54,330 bases of DNA, taken from assembly GCA_018398765.1 (NCBI GenBank), contig JAHBMJ010000188.1, positions 1 to 54,330 of the forward strand. The letters run 5' to 3'. The notes under the pieces are model-generated. The model was not told the origin of the DNA. It saw nothing but the letters and a program-made list of their open reading frames with translations, and did no database searches. Origin of the DNA: Chromera velia. Taxonomy: Eukaryota. Below are positions 1 through 12,148 of the stretch, in pieces. The stretch's first letter is position 1, and the number at the start of each line of letters is the position of its first letter. The translations under genes and the position numbers were made by a program.

Positions 1-37
1 CCCCCCCCCCCCCCCCCTCTCTTTCGCACGCACACAC

Positions 38-87
<50 letters not shown>

Positions 88-111
88 TCACACACACACA
101 CATACACACAC
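1..111. repeat. poly-C plus (CA)n microsatellite (intronic)
   Basis: Seen directly in sequence. Confidence 0.95.
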
Positions 112-119
112 AAACCAAC

Positions 120-321
120 CTAATGGATTGTTGGTCCAGAAGACAGGCTTGTGGTCTATCACCGTGGAGGCCTCCGAAAAGACGCCGAGCACCTTGCCGA
201 CCTCCAACGAGGCACTGTCAAAGTCGCACCAGTCCTGCATTTTCTCTTTCAGTACGTCCCAAGCAGACTCGGGAACGAAGGCAATCGGAGGCGCAGGCTC
301 CGAGGAGCACGGGGTAGACAT
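120..321 (-). CDS. First exon of a small hypothetical protein (gene continues off the left edge)
   Basis: ATG at 321 opens MSTPCSSEP...LKEKMQDWCDFDSASLEVGKVLGVFSEASTVIDHKPVFWTNNPL. The frame ends exactly at a G|GTTGGT donor (119) followed by a (TG)n intron. Head-to-head with the Vps2 gene. Confidence 0.55.
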
Positions 322-1151
322 CTTCCTTTTTTGTGCAAGAAATCCACGCCTGGCCAAGTTTTCAATTTCAGAGGACGAATCTCCACGCCTACAAATCCAC
401 TGGCAGCTCTTTGAATGGGGGTAGACGCGAGAATTCGATCCTTGGTTGGAGAGAAAACGAAATTTTGATGATTTTCGTTCAGCGTCAGAATGTTTTCACA
501 GTCCGACGAGACGAGTGCGTGAAAAGACGAGATGAGACGAGACGAGACGAGACGAAGGCAGAAGGGAGAGTGAAAAGAGACAGGTGGGGGGCAAGAATAT
601 ATAGGCAACGTGAGGGTCAAGAAGGAAACAGCGGAAAGATTCAAAGTGACCGACAGTGCCAGTAGATGGACCAGTGCGTCTTTGCAGTTTGCAATAAAAG
701 CTGTTTTCACATGGAGCTGGAACAGATAAGGTCGGATCAATCACTTCAGCCTTCAGGCCGCGTATATACGTACGAATGCATGCGTGCATGCGAAAAAGGT
801 CAGACGTTTTGGGGGCCACGGCTCGGAGTGTGCGCGTGGAGGAGGCATACCGTGGCCCTGGTGAGAGATCTGCGCCTCAAGAATCGCCAGCGTGTGATTC
901 GCCCGGCCCTCCGCCTTCCCGATTCCGCGATGTGTTAGCGATCATATTCGGTCTGCTTGACAGAGGCGATCAGCTCATGGGCAGCGCGACCTCCGGCCAC
1001 AGACAGCTTGGTTGACCTTTTCGTACTTCCTCCCAGCAGTACGGTGTCGAAAGTTTCATCCGAGTTTTGATCTGCAAAGTGCCGCTGCATTGGTCTTGGT
1101 TTTGGGCGCCCACTTCTTCTGTAGCTCCAAGTACAAGACCAGACCTTCGAG

Positions 1152-3573
1152 ATGGGTGCTGAATCTTCAAAGACCCTCAATGGTTGGTGTAGCAGCAGAA
1201 GGATGGATAGTCAGAAGAACTTCCGTTGGGATAGAGTGTCACTCTTGCCTCTCTGGATTACTTGATTGCAGAACAATTGAGGGAGAACAAGCGCGTGATC
1301 AATCGCGCCATTCGTGACCTCGACAGATCACGAAATGAGTTGGAGAACTCAGAAAAGAAACTGGTGGATGACATCAGAAAAGCGGCTCAGAAGAATCAGC
1401 TGGTCGGTCCGAGAAGGTCTTTGGAGGAGACGGGATGAATGACGTTCTCGCTGTTCAAGTTACTTCTTCTGTTTGTGCTCAGAGTGTGCTCTTGCCCCGT
1501 TTGCTCTCCTCATCTCTGTACAACTCCCTACCTTCGCTCGTGTTGCCTCTGTTCATGTCGGCAGATCGCCGTGGCATGCGTCACAAAGAGAACACAGTCT
1601 GTTGGTCCTTATCTAATCAATTAAGTCTTTGAAATGCTTTCTTTCTGTGCGTGTCTTCGATTCTGCAGAGCTCAGTGAAGATCATGGCGAAGGATCTAGT
1701 GAGGACACGAAAGAACAAACAGAAATTCTACGAAATGAGAAGCCAGCTCCAGGCAGTCAACCTAAGGCTGCAGACGATCAAGTCCACCCAGGCCATGAGC
1801 GAGTCTCTGAAGGGGGTCGGGAAGGTCATGAAGAAGATGAACAAACAGATGAACCTGCCGGCTATGACCAAAATCATGCAAGTCAGTTTAGCGAAGATTC
1901 TTGTGCAGCCGAGAATTCGATGTAAAGAGACACTGTTTCCTGTCCTTTGTTTCGATTCCGTTTTGCCTGTCTTTGTCTTTTCGCCCTCACGTGATAGGGC
2001 TTTTAGGGGAGTGCATCATTTGTTCGTCTAGGATTGAACCGAAAACCAGCTGTGTGACCCTGGAGCTGTGGTTGAGTTGCTTGCCTTGCTCTTCTCGGTG
2101 CACCGCCCTGCGCAACAGGGGTCCTGGTCTTTCGACCCATGGTCTTTTTTTCTGAGCCGCTGAACGGCAGACAAACTCCATTCCTTCTTGCGTGTTGGCG
2201 TCTTTTGCTGTCCTTTTGTTTGCAGGATTTTATGAAGGAAAACGAAAAGATGGGATTGACCGAGGAGATGATGGGCGATGCCATCGATGACGCATTCGAT
2301 GAAGCTGTACGTTGGTCTTTCAGTTCTTTTTTCTTTTGTTCTCTCTCTCCCTCCTATGTGTGGCTTGTCTCCTCCCTTTTTTTAAATATTGTCTATCTTA
2401 CGTTTCTTATGTGCCCTCGGATTTCCCACTCCTCGCTTGCCAACCTGCCTCTTACGCTCACGAATCTCCTTTGAATGGCTCCGTCACTGCCTCCCCCCAA
2501 CACAAACAGCAACACCTGTACCCACCTCCTGAGCCGGACCTCGGCACCCCGACGCTCTCTTCCCCCCACCGCGTGTGCGCGCACGCTGCTTACATAGGCC
2601 CCTGGGTTACTGAAGTGGTCTCTGTATCCCTTTCCTGCTGGCGATTTTCGAGGGCGTTCCACTTTGTGTCTCTTTCTTTCGCCTCCCGAGGACTCCGGGC
2701 GCCTCGTGAGATTGACTCCGCATCGGAATCATCTATCTGTATTGAGTCGATTGATCGCATGAATCTCTGTTCTGCTTCTTGTCCTTCTGCCTAAAATAGG
2801 ATGCCGAGGAGGAGGAGGAGAAGGTGGTCTCTCAAGTCCTGGACGAAATCGGAGTGGATCTGGGAGCGATGGTGAGTCGGCAAGCTAGGGGGACCTCTTG
2901 CTTCTTTAATTTCTGTTTCTACATTCAGTCTTTCACGTGCTGTGGAGGTATGGAGTGAGGGATGGAGGGGGGGGATACCTTGTTTGTGTTTTCTCTTCCC
3001 GTCTCATTGGATTGCACGGTCTTTTCTTTGCTTTACACTGTGCTTAAGGTGTGTTTTATGTTCTGATGCTTGGTTCTTGTCGCTGTCCTCCTTTGAAATG
3101 ATGTATGTCTCCGCTTGTGAGCGGACATGGGTCAGCTTTTTATTCGAAGGAATAAGCAGAGAAAGGAGACAAGCATACCACCTGATAGAAAGCTCTTCTT
3201 TCTCTCTCAATCTCTTCTCTCTTCTCTCTCTAGGCCCCCTTCTTCCTTCCTTCCCAAATTTCTTTCCTCTCATGCAATCTCTCTTCTCTTTGTCTCTGTC
3301 CTTTCCTCTCCTTCCCGTATCATTTCCCCTTCCCTTCTACCGGTGCAGCTGGCAACAGCACCAACTGGTGCGTTCGCAGCACAGCAAGCGCAGGCCGCAA
3401 AGCAACAAGCCCCCCAAGCAGTCGCAGCAGCGGAAGGAGGCGCCCCCCCTCCTGCGGCCCCACCCAGCGGAGGTGCGGGCCCCAGCCCGCCAGCTGCCGG
3501 ACCCGGCCCTGCTGCCGGGACGAGTGACTTGGAGAAGACCTTGGAGGAGCGTTTGAATAATCTCAAACGGTGA
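1152..3573 (+). CDS. VPS2: ESCRT-III subunit Vps2/CHMP2 (Snf7 family), 6 exons
   Basis: Phase-consistent GT-AG exons 1152-1182, 1272-1402, 1669-1881, 2226-2306, 2800-2871, 3349-3573. They give MGAESSKTLNEQLRENKRVINRAIRDLDR...KIMAKDLVRTR...QLQAVNLRLQT...MNKQMNLP...EEMMGDAIDD...VVSQVLDEIG...LEERLNNLKR*, with typical CHMP2 motifs and a C-terminal MIM1-type helix. Confidence 0.95.
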
Positions 3574-4798
3574 CGGGAATGAGTGAAAGTGATCGAGAGT
3601 AATCTGAAGCGTTGAGAGAAAGAAAGAAAGGAAGAAAGGAAGAACGATCGGCAGAAACAACGGTGCCTTGCATGTGGAGGGGGGGGGATTCGGCAAAAAA
3701 ATTACACTGACTGATGCATGCGTTCATCGTGCGTGGCTGTTCTCTCTCCGTGGAGTCGATCAAGTAGGTCGACAGGGAGAGAGGGCAACCTGGCACCGAT
3801 CCGGCCACTTCGCTTCTCTCGTCTTTGTATGGAAAGAGAGGGAAAGAGCGGGCTTGGGTTCTCTCAGACCTTTAGAGAATTCTTGGTGCTGCTTTCTACC
3901 AGCAGAACCGGATGCAGATCGAAGACTGGAAGATGAGTGGATTGAAGGGGTGAGGGTGAGGGCATGCATGATTAAGTGTGGGGTTTTTGGTGGAGGTTTC
4001 TGGACAGCAAGAGTCTGCCGCAGGACCTCGCTGCATGAGGGCATGCATGGATCGGGTTGCTGGATTGACTGCCTTGGGGTTGGTAGGGGGGAATTAAGAG
4101 AATGAAGGCAAATTTAAGGAGGGCAGTGAGGTCCAATGGATCAATTGCCTGGCTGTTAGGCTGCAACATGTTCCTTTCATTCAACATTGATTGCGTGCAT
4201 CGATCGTGCATGGAATTTGAGAGCCCCTAGGAGAGCCCATTGACAGGCATCAGAGGGGCTCTGATGGGAGGGGTCCGTGTACGCATACGTATTAATATAC
4301 AGTAGGTTTCTTGAGATAGATAGTTCTTCAACGGGCTGCAAAGCGGCAAAACTCCGCCAGAGCCTGGCCCAGAGGCCCGGTTTTACTACACAACAGGCAG
4401 CGTGACATACAGGCTAGACCAGATGCGCTGTCAGGATTATCAAAATTAAGCAGCGCGAAATTGGAGTCATGGCTCGGATTTACCGATTTCTTTGAGATTG
4501 ATACTTGCATGCCTTTGAACACTGCTACGTACGTACGGACGTGGGCGGGCGGGACATGAGGGGGGTCTTAATTAAACGGTAGGACCCCATACGAAGCTAA
4601 AAACGTGCAGTATGGCCTTATCTGGTGGCCCCAGAGGCCCGCGACCTACCAAAATGATCGTCACGACCCCAGCATTTCAAATCTGGCGAAATTTTGACCG
4701 CAACTTTCCGGAATTACCCTCAAAATCACCAAAATGTCTGAAAAAACCTCAGAAAGCTCACAGATGTCTGCAGAGGGCTAAGTTCGTTCCCTCTTGCC

Positions 4799-6192
4799 TA
4801 GTAACCATGTTTGATTTGATTTTGATTTGAGGTAGGGCTTAAGCTCAAATCAAATATCCAGTCAGGGAGGACCTAGTGTTTAAAGACCTATCAAATACGA
4901 TCAAATATTTGATTAATATGACTTTTAACCTCAAATATGAAGGTCCCGAAAAAACTTTTGTAAGTACCGATCCGTCACGCATGCTGATTCAAATAAAAAA
5001 TTTCAGAAAAAACCTAAATCTTGATGGTTTGCTCTCAAAAAAAAAACGTTTTGAGCTGCACTGAAATTGATGTTTCACTCCCTTTTACTTCATGCAGAGG
5101 TAAACCGATCAGCTGAACGTTTTCCCAAACAGCTGTGTTAACTTTTCTGATGCTGGAACATCTTTTACGGCCCCCTTTTTGAGCGTCTACAAACATTTTA
5201 CACCCCGTAAAGACATGTCACACAATCCGACAGGGTCGAACGGGAAGAAGGAGGCATTTGTTTTTAGAGCCGGATACGCAAAAAAAATATGGTCCGTACA
5301 AAAAGGGGCAAATGTGATTCAGTGTCAGGTGAAAATACAAGGAGCCAAGAGGGAAGGAGAAACTATTTGTGGCTGTAAGTATGCAGCAGCGGCAAGCAGT
5401 TCTTTTCAAACCCACCTCATCAATCAGCATGGCTTGACGATCACGTCTGACAAACATGTGCAGCTGCTCCAAGAAAGACAGGAGAAGCGGTTGGAGGGGG
5501 CGGGGGGGACGAAGCAGCCTGACGTGCGAACGTTTTTCCCCACCAAAGATGAAGCAGAAGCCGTGGTCATACCATATGCAGAGACGCATGAGAAGAGAAT
5601 CAAGTGCGATATGCTGACCACTGACTCAGCAGCTCCCACCACCGATCAATTCGATTCACATTGAAGAAACTGATCATGAAGAAGAGGAAAAGGAAGTGCC
5701 ATAAAGCTGAGTGATTGTCACCTCAATTTTGGTACGTGCTCTAACTTTATCGTATCAACAAAAAGTCATATGCAATTTTAAATCTATCAATTTTACGTTC
5801 TTAATCTCTATTAGTACTAGAGTGAATCTCAGTAACTAGTGTATATACACTGCCACGCAGGCACATTTTTTTTACGGAACTGATAAGTTATAATTTTATA
5901 TGTATTTTTTTAAATTTTTGAAACACACATCAGAAATGTTCTGATAACTATTATCATAAACTAATAATTTATAATTTTATATATATATTTTTTAAATTTT
6001 TGAAACACACATCAGAAATGTTCTGATAACTATTCTCATAAGAAAAATGATCAGAGTGATAGTAAGTCAGTAACTCAGTGAGGAGCCCTAAGAGGTTAAC
6101 CTCAAATCTTACCTCAAATATCAAATATTTGAGGTTGAAGCTCAAATCAAATCAAACCAAATCAAATAAAATCAAATTAAACATGGTCACTA
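4799..6192 (+). mobile_element. Non-autonomous hAT transposon (copy 1) with truncated BED-finger transposase N-terminus
   Basis: TIRs TAGTAACCATGTTTGATTTGATTTT / rc TAGTGACCATGTTTAATTTGATTTT. 8-bp TSD CTCTTGCC (4791-4798) / CTCTTGTC (6193-6200). Subterminal (TTTGA)/(TCAAA) arrays and an internal ~80-bp tandem duplication at ~5890-6035. Confidence 0.9.
5179..5664 (+). pseudogene. hAT transposase fragment (BED zinc finger only, no DDE domain)
   Basis: SVYKHF...IQCQV...ICGCKY...SSFQTHLINQHG is a BED-like C..C..H..H pattern. The ORF stops shortly afterwards. Confidence 0.7.
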
Positions 6193-7387
6193 CTCTTGTC
6201 TTGCTTTCCTTCTTGTTGTCCAGAGCAGTATTGATAGTAAAAGTCATACCATTCCCCTCTTTTAAGACCAGACAGCTTGTGTCTGTGTCAGGGTAAAGTC
6301 TTGTTGCACCGCTGGTCTGCTTGGATGGGTTTGGTAGTTTATACTGCAAACAGTCAGGAATTGGCCCTTCTGGCCTCCTGAGCAACATTCCTTCTTTTCA
6401 CCAGGAGGCCCCGAAATCGATTCCCGACAATTTTGCCCAGTGCCTCTTATCAGTTGACATCCTTCCAGGGCAGTGGGATGGGTTGCTGGTATGTCTGCTG
6501 GTTGTGGGAAGGTGAAATTCTTTTGTATCTTTGTTATGGTGAAGTGACGTCTCTGGAGTATTGATCGACTTCCACTTCCCCGGGTAGGTCGTTCTGTCTT
6601 GCTCATTCCCTCTAGATATGATTGTATGCATGTTGGACAGTACCTCTGTGCGCTGGATGCAGGTTGGAGGCACTCAAGAAAGAGAAAGGTCTTCCGGCGA
6701 TTTCACATAGGCTGCTCCCTGGAGTGTATCTTTCTGTTCCTGGGCAGACTTATCACTTGAAGTCCACAGTGCACCAACCATTCGTTGTCTTCTGTTAAAA
6801 CTAAGTTACCTAGACCAGATGGAGTGTGTCGGTATGCATTTTATCATCATTGATGCATTGCAGCCCTTTATTCACTTCTGAGTCTAGGGAGGCCTCTTTG
6901 GCCTCTTCAGGTGTTAGAGCTCAGACGTCCATTCTTTGTACTCCCTGTATGTATTGGAGTCGTTTTTTCTGTACCAAGCAGCTAGAGAGAGTCTAGGGAG
7001 GCGAACTGATGTCTCCTAGGTGAGTTGGATGGGGTTCAGAAGCGGGAAGAAAGGAAGGCAGGGCTCTCTTCTCCTTTCCCTATACGAGGCCAAAATCGTA
7101 CAGTGTGGGCGGCGGGGTCTAGTTTGATTAGGACCCCCCTCATGTCCTGCCCGCCCACGTCCATGCGTACCCCGATACTGCCTAGTTACTGCCTACTAAC
7201 GTTACTGCAGGAAGTGGCTTCAAAACTATTATAGTGGTCTACTACTTGATTAAATTCAAGTAACTTACCGTGACTAATTAACTTTGGAAGTGACTGGGCC
7301 TTAAACTGGCCGAGCACACAATTAACTGACTAGTTAACTGATTAGCTAGCCGATTAGATGATTGAGTGATTATAATTAATTGATTTA

Positions 7388-8408
7388 CACAGTACGGTTA
7401 GGAGTTACTACCAGCTCCTTTTAGCTAGTAGCGAACAGGGATGGGAAATAGGTTATTAACCGAACCAAACCGACTTGGCTGTCAAAAAGCGTTTTAGTTC
7501 GGTTAACCTATCAGTTATATAAGCTTTTTATGTCTAGAGGTCGTTTTCTCACTAAATTTGAAACTTTTCACTGTAAAAACGTGATTTTTACAGGTATGAC
7601 ATACGGAAAACGACCAAAACATAATAAAAACTTAAAAACATTTTTAGTTCATATAATCACTTGTTTAATTATCAAATTGTGTTTATAGTCCACATACTAA
7701 GAAAGACATGATTTTTTATACCTTTTCAGCTAGCTTTTCAGTTGTTATAACAAAGTTTTTCAGTAATTTTTTGCTTGTTTGAAGTTAATTGTTTCTAGCT
7801 ATAATGTCGTTTTTATGAGCTCTTACCGGTTAACCCGGTTAACCGCCGGTTATGACCAGTTATCATAACTGGAGGGCTAATAACCTATAACATAACCTCA
7901 TAACCTATCTTTTTCCCTACCCTGGTAGCGAGTTACCGTCAGTTTGGTAACCATGAGATGGTAACCTGTGGACTTAAAGGCGTGTATCACTACCATGGTA
8001 GTTCAAGGGAAAACTCTAATAAAAACAGGTGCTAAACCTATTTTAAAGCCTGATCACTTAACTCATTAGCAGTTTAAAGCCCTGAAATGATGATAGTATC
8101 ATAATACTCAAATAATATAGGCTATACATAATGATATACTAGTTATAGTTCAATTATAAAATGATGAACATTGAGTTTTACTAGAAAAAACTTTCAATGA
8201 ATGCCTAAAATATGATTTTTACTAGTCTAAAATTAGTTTTGTAGATCAAGTTTGACTCTGAATGTGCCCAAATCTGCCTGTTTTTAGCTACTACCACTAC
8301 CATCAGAACAGTACTACCATAACCACAAAATTAGTAACCAGACGGCCTAACGGCCGCCTAGTAACCGTCCTAATCCGTCCTACTTTCGTTACTCATAACC
8401 GTACTGTG
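7388..8408. mobile_element. MITE-like TIR element with TA flanks (Tc1/mariner-like), hosting a nested hAT MITE
   Basis: TA|CACAGTACGGTTAGGAGT ... ACTCATAACCGTACTGTG|TA. No coding capacity. Confidence 0.75.
7436..7924. mobile_element. hAT-family MITE (489 bp)
   Basis: Ends CAGGGATGGGAAATAGGTTA / rc CAGGGTAGGGAAAAAGATAGGTTA, an Ac-like CAGGG start. 8-bp TSD GTAGCGAA (7428-7435) / GTAGCGAG (7925-7932). Subterminal TAACC/GGTTA repeats. Confidence 0.85.
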
Positions 8409-9020
8409 TAAACTGATTGACGGGGGACGGCTTGTACCGTTAAAGATTATTTTACTCTGCATGGGTCCTAAGTCCTTCAGTATTGAATCCTTCAGTGCCT
8501 TCACCCGCTAAGTCGATGTAGCGATATATAGGTATGAAACTGTTTTGCCACATTATTAAATTGCCATAATAATTGGGTCATAGACCTATCATCAGTAATT
8601 CATGACTCGATATGAAAAAGCTGAACTGTGAGTCTGTGATAAATGAATTAAAAAAAATATAACAAAATTAAGGGAACATCAACATCTCTGCATCGTTTTT
8701 TGTCTAATCTTGGCAATCCAGTTTTGAATCTTTATACTCCAATATGATGCAAAAAGAAATTAACGTCATTAAAGCAAGCGTTAAAGTAGGCCCATTCTCT
8801 CTAACATTCTCTCAACGCAATTTGGTAATAAATTGGTATCAATCAATCAATCAATCAATAAGTGACTTCCATGTCTAGTTCTAGGTCTAGTTTTATGTTA
8901 CTCAGATACAATTACTCTTAGTATTACATTAGACTCGGAATATGTTTAGAAAACATCCGAGTCCCCAAAGACTGGCCCGAAAGAAAAGGCATTTGCAAGA
9001 AATCGACTCGGAGTCAGCAT

Positions 9021-12000
9021 CTAAAATTCTCCTTTCAACGAGTCTCGAAGCTTCCTCGCGTCCCCTTTTTTCTTTCCGCTGTTTCCCTTTGACCTCGACT
9101 CCTTTTTCTTGACGGCAGCACGGGCCCGCTCGCGCACCTTCGAAGAGTCATACCTGAAGGCAAAGAAAGAGAACAAAACAAAACGGGAGCTAGAGAGATA
9201 GAGCCACAAATTCGGAGCATATGCAAGCCTGGGGCAGGACGGGGCTTACAGCTTGAGATCGAATGACGGGGCTTACAGCTTGAGATCGAATGAAACAACA
9301 ATCGATTAGCGGCTCCAGATAGCCAAGCGAACAGAGGCAGAGAGACCGGAGGCTATAGGCGGAAGAGGAAGGGTGTGTAGAAAGAGAGAAACAGAGAGAT
9401 AGATAGAAAGGGAGACAGAGGGAGAGGGGGAGAGAGAGAGGGAAGAGCAAGGATGCCGAGGAAGAAAAAAAGAAGTGAAAAAAAACACTACGTGCGCAGA
9501 AGTGCACGGAAGAAGAGCACACCGCAGGAGATCTCTATCCATCTGCAAACAGCCGAGAATCTTAAACCAAGGCCAACGAGAACGCACCCATTTCTGAACT
9601 GACTGACTTCTTGCCACTCGGACGCCAAATGTGTTCAATTTTGTCCTTTCGAGGACGAGGGGCCCTTTCTCCCTCTCCCCCTTCTCCTTCTTCTTCCTCT
9701 CCGTCCTCATCCTCATCTGACGATTCGTCTTCTCCCCGCCCCTCCTCTCCTTCCCCTTCCCCCTCTTCTGGTCGTAGAGAGGAGGACAGGCTAGGAACCT
9801 CACCCTCACGCTCTATAAACGGGTCTTCATCTTCACCATCCTCTTCTCCTTCCTCCTCCCCTCCCCCCTTCCCATCCTGGGCAGAGGAGGAGGAGGAGGA
9901 GGACGGACCGGGATCAGAAGAGCGCACGTCCGCAAACCCTGCAGAAGGTCCATCCTCCCCGTCGCCCCCTTCCGCCTCGCCCTCCTCCTCCTCCTCAATC
10001 GCCTCCCCTCCCTGCACATCGGTCGGACAAAGAACACGAAGGGGGGAAGAGAACCGGTGTATAACGACTGAAAGAAAAAGAAAAAGAAAAAAGGGCCCCA
10101 CGGCAACCCTCACGCAAAACAAAGGCCCTGCATGTGAGTCAGCTCTCTGGAGAGAGGCACTTTTTTCTTCCCCAACGTCGAGTGTACCCATGCAGGGAAA
10201 ATGATGGGAGGAACGGGGTGCACAGGAAGCATTGGCGTGAGACAGGACACGAAAGCAACCGAGAGAGGACACAGGGAAGGAGACGTTCGCTCCCCCCCTT
10301 TTGACATCTTTGAAGCGTAAAAGAGGAGGATTGTTCCATTTTCGCTCCAAGCCCTCCGTGCTCTAACGTTCATTTCATTGATAGAGAGCAGACCTTCTCT
10401 TCATCGTCGCACGTAACGGTTTCGCTCCCCCCCCCCCCCCCGCCCTGTCTCCCCCCCCCTGTTGCTCTCTGTTGGAAGTGCGGAAATAAATCCCACTTCA
10501 CTCGAGGCTTATTGACGTGAACAGACGAAAGAGCAACAAGTGTACGCACTCTACAAACACCATCCAACCAGCCTTCCTTCTTCCCCTTTTCATTCAAATG
10601 CTCACTTCATTCCCTGCCCCCTCACCTGTGCAGCAGTTTCTGTGTCTGCTGTGCCCTCCTCAGCCTGTGTCCTCCTCTCTTCCACCGCCTCAAGGAGCAA
10701 GAGGTTCTCGGCGGCACTCACACCCATGCGCTGGGCAAACTCCAGCGCTTGTGCATGTGCGGAGTTGCGAACGATTCTCTCCTTGTGCGCAGCGCTGCCA
10801 GTGGGGGGCGCTGCCTCCTTCTCGTTGACGATGTCTTTAAACCTGCATGGGGCACAAAAATGCGTTTATTAAATTGAGCTAGATGACGAAACGTTGCTTT
10901 CAAAGATCACTTATCATTCGTGCGTGGAGTCGGGGAAGGAACGGAAGTCAACGAAGTTCAAGGGCTGTCAGGGAGCAACAGAGAAACTCGAGGGTCGAGA
11001 CAGTCAGATTAGGGATGGAAAGATGGAAAATAAAAACAAGGAAAGAACATATGCGATGACTGGGAGGAAAAAAAAAACGCAAGCGACAAACCAGCTAGCT
11101 GTGGTACTGACTCACTTACTTGGGCACTTCCTCGACCTCGATTCCAAATTTCTTTGCGAACAGAGTCGCCACACAACGCACATCCCTGTCGAAATACATT
11201 TCGGCATTGGGATGGCTGACTGGCACGATCTGGGGGAAGTCTGCAGACAAAATTAAGAAAGGCGTCGAGGGAGCCATCAAAAGGAAGTTAACTTCCAGAG
11301 AAACTCGAGACTCTTGTGTATGGAGGCAGATGGTACTCATAGGGAAAATAGAGACGGAACGGAAGGCAGACTTTATCGCAAGAAAGGAAAGAGACAACTG
11401 ACAGACGGACGTACTGACCGATCAATGTCACTTCCTCGTCATCGCTGAGCATCAGGTTGAATTCATTGAAGTCCCCGTGAATCAACCCCGACTGCGCAAG
11501 TCTGATGATCAAATGCATCAATTTCTCCAGAACTTTGAAGGGACGCTCAAGGGATCGCACTTGAACTAGAGGGGTGGCATCAACAAAGCCCATCACAATG
11601 GCATGACGGTTCACGTCGACTGGCTCAGGCACGGGGAAACCGTTTTCCTTTAAAGCTCTCATGTATGCAAACTCTTTCAAAGCAGCGAGTCGCGCCAGAT
11701 ACATCCAGCTGGCGTTGCTTCTGTGCTGGAGGTAGTCTCTGTTGGTCTTTACAGACCGGAAGGAGACTCTTCCCAGTCGATGAAGCTTCAGGATCAAAAC
11801 GCGGCCTTCCTCGTCTTTGCAGAGATGGATATCTGACTCCTTCCCCACACCCATGCGAACCCCCACCCCTGATATCTTACCCCGATGCACCAACACTTTC
11901 AGCGCCAGGTAGTCATAACCTAGGTAGGTCAGTTTGTACCCGTCGTACTTCTTTCGGTCATGTGCAAGCAGCTTGTGTTTGAGAAGATTGGAAAGGATGG

Positions 12001-12148
12001 AATGGATCCCGTGCCTTCTCAAATTGGAAATCGACTCGATCAGCGGAGTCGGCACGTACTCGTGGTTCTTGTGACCCATCTCAACTGCTGTCAGAACACG
12101 AAAATCCGCTTTCGAGAGGTAACGGAAGACCTCCGCGTCCAACTTCAT
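9021..12148 (-). CDS. RIO2: Serine/threonine kinase RIO2 (40S ribosome biogenesis), 5 exons
   Basis: Exons 12148-11419, 11240-11120, 10842-10626, 10011-9608, 9153-9021. Motifs: DFRVLTAVEMGHKNHE (winged helix), GVGKESDI, LKLHRLGRVSF, IHGDFNEFN, and IDFPQ joined across intron 1. Acidic then basic C-terminus. Confidence 0.97.

Larger units (their letters stand above)
4532..7167. mobile_element. Degenerate TIR DNA transposon (~45-bp TIRs) hosting a nested hAT element
   Basis: Left end CGTACGGACGTGGGCGGGCGGGACATGAGGGGGGTCTTAATTAAAC matches the reverse complement of the right end, CGCATGGACGTGGGCGGGCAGGACATGAGGGGGGTCCTAATCAAAC. TA flanks both sides. An alternative boundary (GG.. ends 4537-7162) gives an imperfect 8-bp TSD GTACGTAC/ATGCGTAC. 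A stop-riddled minus-strand coding remnant lies at ~6200-6960. Superfamily unresolved. Confidence 0.8.

Noticed and set aside
4219..4268. Overlapping hairpins GAGCCCCT/AGGGGCTC and CATCAGAG/CTCTGATG downstream of Vps2
   Set aside because: Short and single-copy in the window, with no match to an RNA family I can recognise.
9238..9293. 27-bp tandem duplication in a RIO2 intron (and a 34-bp one at ~22759-22826)
   Set aside because: Simple two-copy slippage duplications with no further structure.
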